The notes below the pieces were generated by a model, which saw nothing but the letters and a program-made list of their open reading frames with translations, did no database searches and had not been told where the DNA came from. DNA of 64,000 bases. Origin: Thermodesulfobacteriota bacterium. Its GTDB lineage: Bacteria > Desulfobacterota > Binatia > Bin18. Below are positions 59,253 through 64,000 of this stretch, piece by piece (position 1 is the first letter of the stretch; the number at the start of each line of letters is the position of its first letter). The position numbers and the translations under genes were made by a program. Where the stretch lies: the NCBI GenBank assembly GCA_964291405.2, contig OZ219926.1, positions 2,912,001 through 2,976,000 of the forward strand, read 5' to 3'.

Positions 59253-61199
59253 TTATTCGAGTCTGTTGGGTCTCAAAGACCCAACAGACTCTATCCTCTC
59301 CCGCCCCTTTTCCGAGAGCGTCAGCGCCCGCTCCCACACGCCCCGACCGCGAATATAGCCGAGTTGATCGAGGCGGTTGACGATCACGCTCAGCGGCGAG
59401 GCCGCCATGCCGGTGGCCGTACTGAGATCGCGCAAGCTTTTGTCTCCTCCCGCAAGCTGCTCCAGAATCGAGCGGCTGTCCGCGTCCAGACCGGCAAAAC
59501 CGTTCAGAGCCGAAGGCGCGTCGGGCAGGTCTGCGAGTACGCGGTCTCCCTGCGGTGTGAGGCCAAACGTGAAATAATCGAGCCCGCTCCTGCCCCAGCG
59601 CTGGACGAGCCCGGCCCGTTCGAGTTCTTCGATGAGACGATGGCACTCGGCAGAATTGAGCAGGGTGAAATCGCTCAGCTCAACCATGGTCGTATAGCCG
59701 GTTCGAATCAGAACCAGCAGTCGTTCCTGCTCCGGGCTGAGGCGCAGCGTTTGAGGCTGATCCGCAGTAGCGTCGTCCGGCTGCGTCAGCAAAGACAGGC
59801 CGAGCACGGTCGGGAAGGTAATGATGGAGCCAACCACCACCGTATGCATGGTGCCCAGCGGAACGTCCATAAACTTCAGGACTTCGTAGACGAGCATCGA
59901 GACCGTCCCGGCCAACGTTCCCCAAAACGCCCCCGTAGCGGTAATAAAGGCCCAGCGGTGTCCGAGGAGGAGGACACAGGCCGCGGGGCCGAGCATGGCA
60001 CAGCTCACCGCTAGCAGATAATACGGTCCGCCCGGATAAAAGCTCAGCAGCCAGATGGCAAAACCGGTCAGCAGGGTGAGCAGGCGGCTCATCCGCAAGA
60101 CCGCCTCCGGGGAGGCCTCGGGCCGTATAAAGCGCTGGTAGATGTCGCGGGAAAGCGAGGAAGTAATGCCCATATGCGCATTGCTGGTGGTGGAGATGGT
60201 GGCGGCCAGGGCCGCCACCAGACCCAATAAGGCCATCGCCGCGGGGAAGTCTCGCATGAGCAGGCCGTAGGCGCCCATGGGGTTGGCCGGATTTACGGGG
60301 TCCAGAAAAGCGGCGCTGTGGACACTGCCGGCGTACAGACCGAGCACGCCCATGGAAGCGTGGATCACCAGGACGAGCAGGCCGCCAATAATGAACTGCC
60401 AGCGGGCAATCGGTTCGGTCCGTGCGGCCGCGGCGCGCAGCCAATAATAATTGCCGCCCCACTGAATAAAAAAGCCGATGACGAGTGAAACCGTCAGCAC
60501 GCTCGGATAACTCAGCCGAAACCAGGGAAAAGAGCCGAGCACACCGGCTGAGAGGGGTGTGGCGGTCACGAAGCTCGTCTCGATCAACTCCCAGCCGCCA
60601 TAGCTGACAAGACAGTAGACGGCCAGGGCCGGCAGGAAGAGGAAGCCCAACAGGACCTGCACGACGTCGGTCAGCGTCAGCGCCCACATCCCGCCCAGAA
60701 AAATAAACGTCAGGTGCCCGCCCAGGACAATGGTAATCATGAGCCACAGCGGCGCGCCCAGGAAACCCTGCATGATCAAGGCCATGGCCACCACATTCAT
60801 GGCCACCACGCCGGTGACACCCAGCAGGGTGGCAATGCTGACCACGATCCGGGTGCGCGTGTCAAAGCGCATCTCCAGCCACTCGGGGATGGTGTACGCG
60901 CCACAGCGCCGAATATACGGGCCGGCATAGACGCCATACGCAATATAGCCGATCACCAGGGGCAGGCTGCCGCCCAGGATCCAGCCGAGAAAACCGTACT
61001 GTATGGTCAGGCCGGGGACGATGCTGGTCATGCTGCCGGCGAACGCAATGCCGCAAATACTGGCAATCCCCGGAATGAGACTGACCTGCCGGCCGGCCAG
61101 CAAAAAGTCGCCGTCGGTGCGCACCCAGCGTTTGGCATACCAGCCCAGCGCCCAGAGCAGGATAATCAAGGCCAGAACGGAGGCGATAAAGATCGGCAT
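59253..61199 (-). CDS. Sodium:solute symporter family protein with two C-terminal winged-HTH-like domains
   Basis: DFLLAGR, TIPEWLEMRF, TDVVQ and about 13 TM, then ECHRLIEELERAGLV...LTPQG and LSVIVNRLDQLGYI...LSEKG. Confidence 0.8.
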   Translation of the reverse strand: MPIFIASVLALIILLWALGWYAKRWVRTDGDFLLAGRQVSLIPGIASICGIAFAGSMTSIVPGLTIQYGFLGWILGGSLPLVIGYIAYGVYAGPYIRRCGAYTIPEWLEMRFDTRTRIVVSIATLLGVTGVVAMNVVAMALIMQGFLGAPLWLMITIVLGGHLTFIFLGGMWALTLTDVVQVLLGFLFLPALAVYCLVSYGGWELIETSFVTATPLSAGVLGSFPWFRLSYPSVLTVSLVIGFFIQWGGNYYWLRAAAARTEPIARWQFIIGGLLVLVIHASMGVLGLYAGSVHSAAFLDPVNPANPMGAYGLLMRDFPAAMALLGLVAALAATISTTSNAHMGITSSLSRDIYQRFIRPEASPEAVLRMSRLLTLLTGFAIWLLSFYPGGPYYLLAVSCAMLGPAACVLLLGHRWAFITATGAFWGTLAGTVSMLVYEVLKFMDVPLGTMHTVVVGSIITFPTVLGLSLLTQPDDATADQPQTLRLSPEQERLLVLIRTGYTTMVELSDFTLLNSAECHRLIEELERAGLVQRWGRSGLDYFTFGLTPQGDRVLADLPDAPSALNGFAGLDADSRSILEQLAGGDKSLRDLSTATGMAASPLSVIVNRLDQLGYIRGRGVWERALTLSEKGRERIESVGSLRPNRLE

Positions 61200-61206
61200 G
61201 GCTCGG

Positions 61207-61707
61207 TTATTCCGCAAGACCGGGCGGGCGCTCGTAGCGTCCGAACACGAACAACCCCAGAATCTGGAGGGCGTGAATGAGGACCATCAGGCACATGATG
61301 AGGGTGACGAAATCGGACAGGGAGGCGTAGTGCATATAGAAGTAGGACTCAAAACCGGCCACACCCACCAGGCCGAGGGCGGTCGGCAGGTTTTTGGTGC
61401 GCCCCAGAAAGAGACTGAGCCCCAGGAGGATGAGACAATCGAAAAACGGACTGCCAATCCAGAAAAAGGCGGTGAAATTCTTCGTATGCAGGCGGCCGTC
61501 AAGCTCGACAAAACTCGGAATCGCCAAAAAGAACAGGGCGAAGCCGGCCACGATAATATAGGCGGCTATCATCCGCACCGTCCGCTCTATCATCCGGGCG
61601 GCTTTCTCGGGGTCGGTGAGTTCTTCGGTCGATATGCCGGCCAGGAGACGCAGGAGTTTCTCCCCAGGCGTACCGGCCGCGTTTCTCTGTTGTGGGTGCT
61701 CTGCCAT
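61207..61707 (-). CDS. Hypothetical membrane protein
   Basis: About four hydrophobic helices; directly upstream of the symporter. Confidence 0.6.
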   Translation of the reverse strand: MAEHPQQRNAAGTPGEKLLRLLAGISTEELTDPEKAARMIERTVRMIAAYIIVAGFALFFLAIPSFVELDGRLHTKNFTAFFWIGSPFFDCLILLGLSLFLGRTKNLPTALGLVGVAGFESYFYMHYASLSDFVTLIMCLMVLIHALQILGLFVFGRYERPPGLAE

Positions 61708-61809
61708 GGCAACAGATTATACGAATAAGATGCTGGCAAGCTTACGCGGTGTTGCGCCGCAAGGCAAATCCGATCCTCCCTTTCATCCTGGTCCGGAACC
61801 CATCACAAT

Positions 61810-61864
61810 AATGAGTAAACGTGCCCTCCAACAGACATGAGAATGCTGGGTACGTTTACTCATT
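61810..61864. repeat. About 55-bp palindromic repeat, copy 5
   Basis: AATGAGTAAACGTGCCC-N-GGGTACGTTTACTCATT. Confidence 0.85.
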
Positions 61865-61884
61865 CTACACAGGAGGCGCGCGAT

Positions 61885-62268
61885 ATGGTCCTACACTCGT
61901 ATCTGCTCTGGCTTGCTCTGAGTCTCATCCTCGGACTGGTGTTTTCGCCATACACGAGAGCCCAGAACGGTCCCTCCGCCATTCCGGAAGGAAGCGGCAG
62001 CATTATCCAGCCGGTCTCGTGGGAATTGACCAGCGAGAACGCCGCCGACCTGACCGAGCAGGTCCGCGCGGTCGTTCAGCAATTCGAGGGCGCCATCCTG
62101 GTCAAGGATGAGAAAGATATCCTCGTCCTTTCTCTGCCCTCGGAAAAACTCACCGACCTGCATCAAGAGCTGTCCACTCTTGGAACGCTGACGAGTCCGG
62201 AAGCCACCGATGAATACCAGGCACCGACCACCCTGCTTCGACTGAAGCTGGGCTCCGCCTCTGAGTAG
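61885..62268 (+). CDS. Exported hypothetical protein
   Basis: AGGAGG RBS and signal peptide. Confidence 0.65.
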   Translation: MVLHSYLLWLALSLILGLVFSPYTRAQNGPSAIPEGSGSIIQPVSWELTSENAADLTEQVRAVVQQFEGAILVKDEKDILVLSLPSEKLTDLHQELSTLGTLTSPEATDEYQAPTTLLRLKLGSASE

Positions 62269-62387
62269 ATTGGGTCTATGGGGTCTATGGGGTCCGACTC
62301 AACAGACCTTCCCCTTGTCGGGGGCGATGGACACGGCCGCACGGTCGTGGCTATACTCACGGCACTTTTCCGAACGAGGAGTGTACC

Positions 62388-63833
62388 ATGAGTCTGCGCA
62401 CACCGGAGCAATATAAAGAGAGTCTGAAAGACGGCCGGGAAGTCTATTATCGTGGCGAAAAGGTTGACGATGTCACCACCCACCCGGTTATCGGCAAGGC
62501 GGTCCAGCATGCCTGCATCGACTACCAGATGGCCGAAGACCCACGTTACCGCGACCTGGCAGTTGTCACCGACCCTCAGACCGGACAGGAGTATTCCCGG
62601 TATTATCACCTGCCCCAGAATGCCGAAGACCTGCTCCAGCGTAGCCGTCTGATTGCCGCCAGTACCCGCGAGGGAGCCACACTGGTTATTTTGATCAAAG
62701 AAATCGGCACGGACGCGCTCCTGGCGCTGCATGTTGTTGCCGAAGAAATGGCCAAGCACGGCGCGGGACAATATCGCGAGCGGGTCAAAAAGTATTATGA
62801 GCTGTGCCGGGATAATGATTACGCGGTGGCCGTGGCCCAGAGCGATGTCAAAGGGGACCGCAGCATGGGGCCTCAGGGCCAGGAACACCCGGATTATTAT
62901 GTGCGCATTGTTGACCGGCGTGACGACGGCATCGTCGTCCGCGGCGCCAAGATTCACACCTCGGTTTCCACCAATACGGACGAAGTTATTGTCCTGCCGA
63001 CCAGGGCGATGCGCGAGGGCGATGAAGACTACGCCGTGGCCTTCGCCCTGCCTGTGGCCACCAAAGGGCTGAAACTTCTGGCCAGTTCCTATGGCGGTTT
63101 CCAAAGAAACGATTTTGAGTACCCCATCAGTGCCAAACATAAAATGATGGAGACGCTGACCGTCTTTGAAGACGTGTTTGTTCCCTGGGAGCGAGTGTTC
63201 CTGGCCGGCGAGGTCGCCGCGGCGGGTTTGATGGCCCTGACCTTTGTGAAATTCCACCGCTTCACCGCGGTGTCGTACAAACTGCCCCTTCTGGAACTCA
63301 TGGCCGGTGCGTCCCAGGCCATTGCGGAATACAACGGTATTGAGCGGGCCGGCCATATTCGTGAGAAGCTGACCAAGCTGGCCAGCTATCATGCCACCGT
63401 CCAGGGGCTGATTCTGGCCGCTGCCCAGCAACACACCGTTGTCCCGCCGGGTATCGCCGTGCCCAACACGCTGATGACCAATGTGGCCAAATACCAGTTT
63501 GCCTCCAATTACCATCAGGCCGTCCAGATGGTACAGGACGTGAGCGGCGGGCTCTTGGTGACCGGGCCGAGCCTGGAGGACTGGCGCAGCGAAGCGACCG
63601 GCCCCTACGTCCAGAAATATTTAGGCGGCAAGAAAGGCACCTCGACCGAGCACCGACTGCGGCTGATGAACCTGATTTCGGACCTGACCGCGGGCGACTT
63701 TGGCGGTTATCAGGAAGTGTTGGCCGTGCACGCCGAGGGCTCCCTCGAAGCCGAAAAGCTCCAGACCTATCGCGAGTACGATTTTGCGGCCGCGGCGGAG
63801 TACGCCCGCGAGTTGGCGGGGATTGCCAAATAG
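62388..63833 (+). CDS. 4-hydroxyphenylacetate 3-hydroxylase/4-hydroxybutyryl-CoA dehydratase family flavoprotein
   Basis: YKESLKDGREVYYRGE, SDVKGDRS, GIVVRGAK and FVPWERVF. Confidence 0.88.
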   Translation: MSLRTPEQYKESLKDGREVYYRGEKVDDVTTHPVIGKAVQHACIDYQMAEDPRYRDLAVVTDPQTGQEYSRYYHLPQNAEDLLQRSRLIAASTREGATLVILIKEIGTDALLALHVVAEEMAKHGAGQYRERVKKYYELCRDNDYAVAVAQSDVKGDRSMGPQGQEHPDYYVRIVDRRDDGIVVRGAKIHTSVSTNTDEVIVLPTRAMREGDEDYAVAFALPVATKGLKLLASSYGGFQRNDFEYPISAKHKMMETLTVFEDVFVPWERVFLAGEVAAAGLMALTFVKFHRFTAVSYKLPLLELMAGASQAIAEYNGIERAGHIREKLTKLASYHATVQGLILAAAQQHTVVPPGIAVPNTLMTNVAKYQFASNYHQAVQMVQDVSGGLLVTGPSLEDWRSEATGPYVQKYLGGKKGTSTEHRLRLMNLISDLTAGDFGGYQEVLAVHAEGSLEAEKLQTYREYDFAAAAEYARELAGIAK

Positions 63834-64000
63834 TCACCGACCCCGGTCGATCAGTTGTCGATACTCGTCGTGGCGGCCGATCCAGAACCACACAACGTCG
63901 GAGCCGTTTTCTACGGCGAGGACGCGGTAATGGATGCCTACCCGGGCGGACCAGAATCGGCCGACCTTCTTGAAGTGCAGCGACGGGTGGGAGGGGTCCT
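63834..64000 (-). CDS. RelE/ParE-superfamily toxin-like protein, 5' partial
   Basis: Manual translation DPSHPSLHFKKVGRFWSARVGIHYRVLAV...WFWIGRHDEY. Confidence 0.75.
   Translation of the reverse strand, partial: DPSHPSLHFKKVGRFWSARVGIHYRVLAVENGSDVVWFWIGRHDEYRQLIDRGR

Overview
GC-rich (about 60% by eye) bacterial chromosomal window. The gene content (many LLM oxidoreductases, amidohydrolases, TonB-dependent receptors, Ccm system I, ferredoxin:thioredoxin reductase) suggests a deltaproteobacterium-like heterotroph, possibly Ca. Binatia-like; that assignment is inference only. Core blocks: Opp/Dpp ABC transporter, clpP, trxB, ffh-rpsP-khpA-rimM-trmD-SPOUT-rplS, ccmE-F-H-I-A-B-C-D, dapL and catabolic enzymes. 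Accessory blocks: an AbiE-like antitoxin/nucleotidyltransferase pair, several orphan antitoxins, a five-gene uncharacterised membrane operon (DUF6754-like) and four tandem TonB-dependent receptor paralogs. The most striking feature is a cas-less CRISPR locus at 23.0-23.5 kb. It holds three different CRISPR repeat types, all co-oriented on the minus strand: a 4-spacer type I-B (Myxan-like) mini-array, a solitary 37-bp ...ATTGAAAC repeat and a solitary 28-bp type I-F repeat. The array is truncated by a 1.5-kb AAA+/DUF4143 cassette flanked by 28-bp direct repeats. That cassette has 23-bp-periodic promoter repeats, and its nuclease motif is broken by a copy of its own promoter sequence. At least three families of small palindromic or tandem intergenic repeats are dispersed through the window. 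Several isolated frameshifts (oppD, ccmC, a hypothetical gene) may be sequencing errors. No rRNA, tRNA, cas, integrase or transposase genes were recognised.
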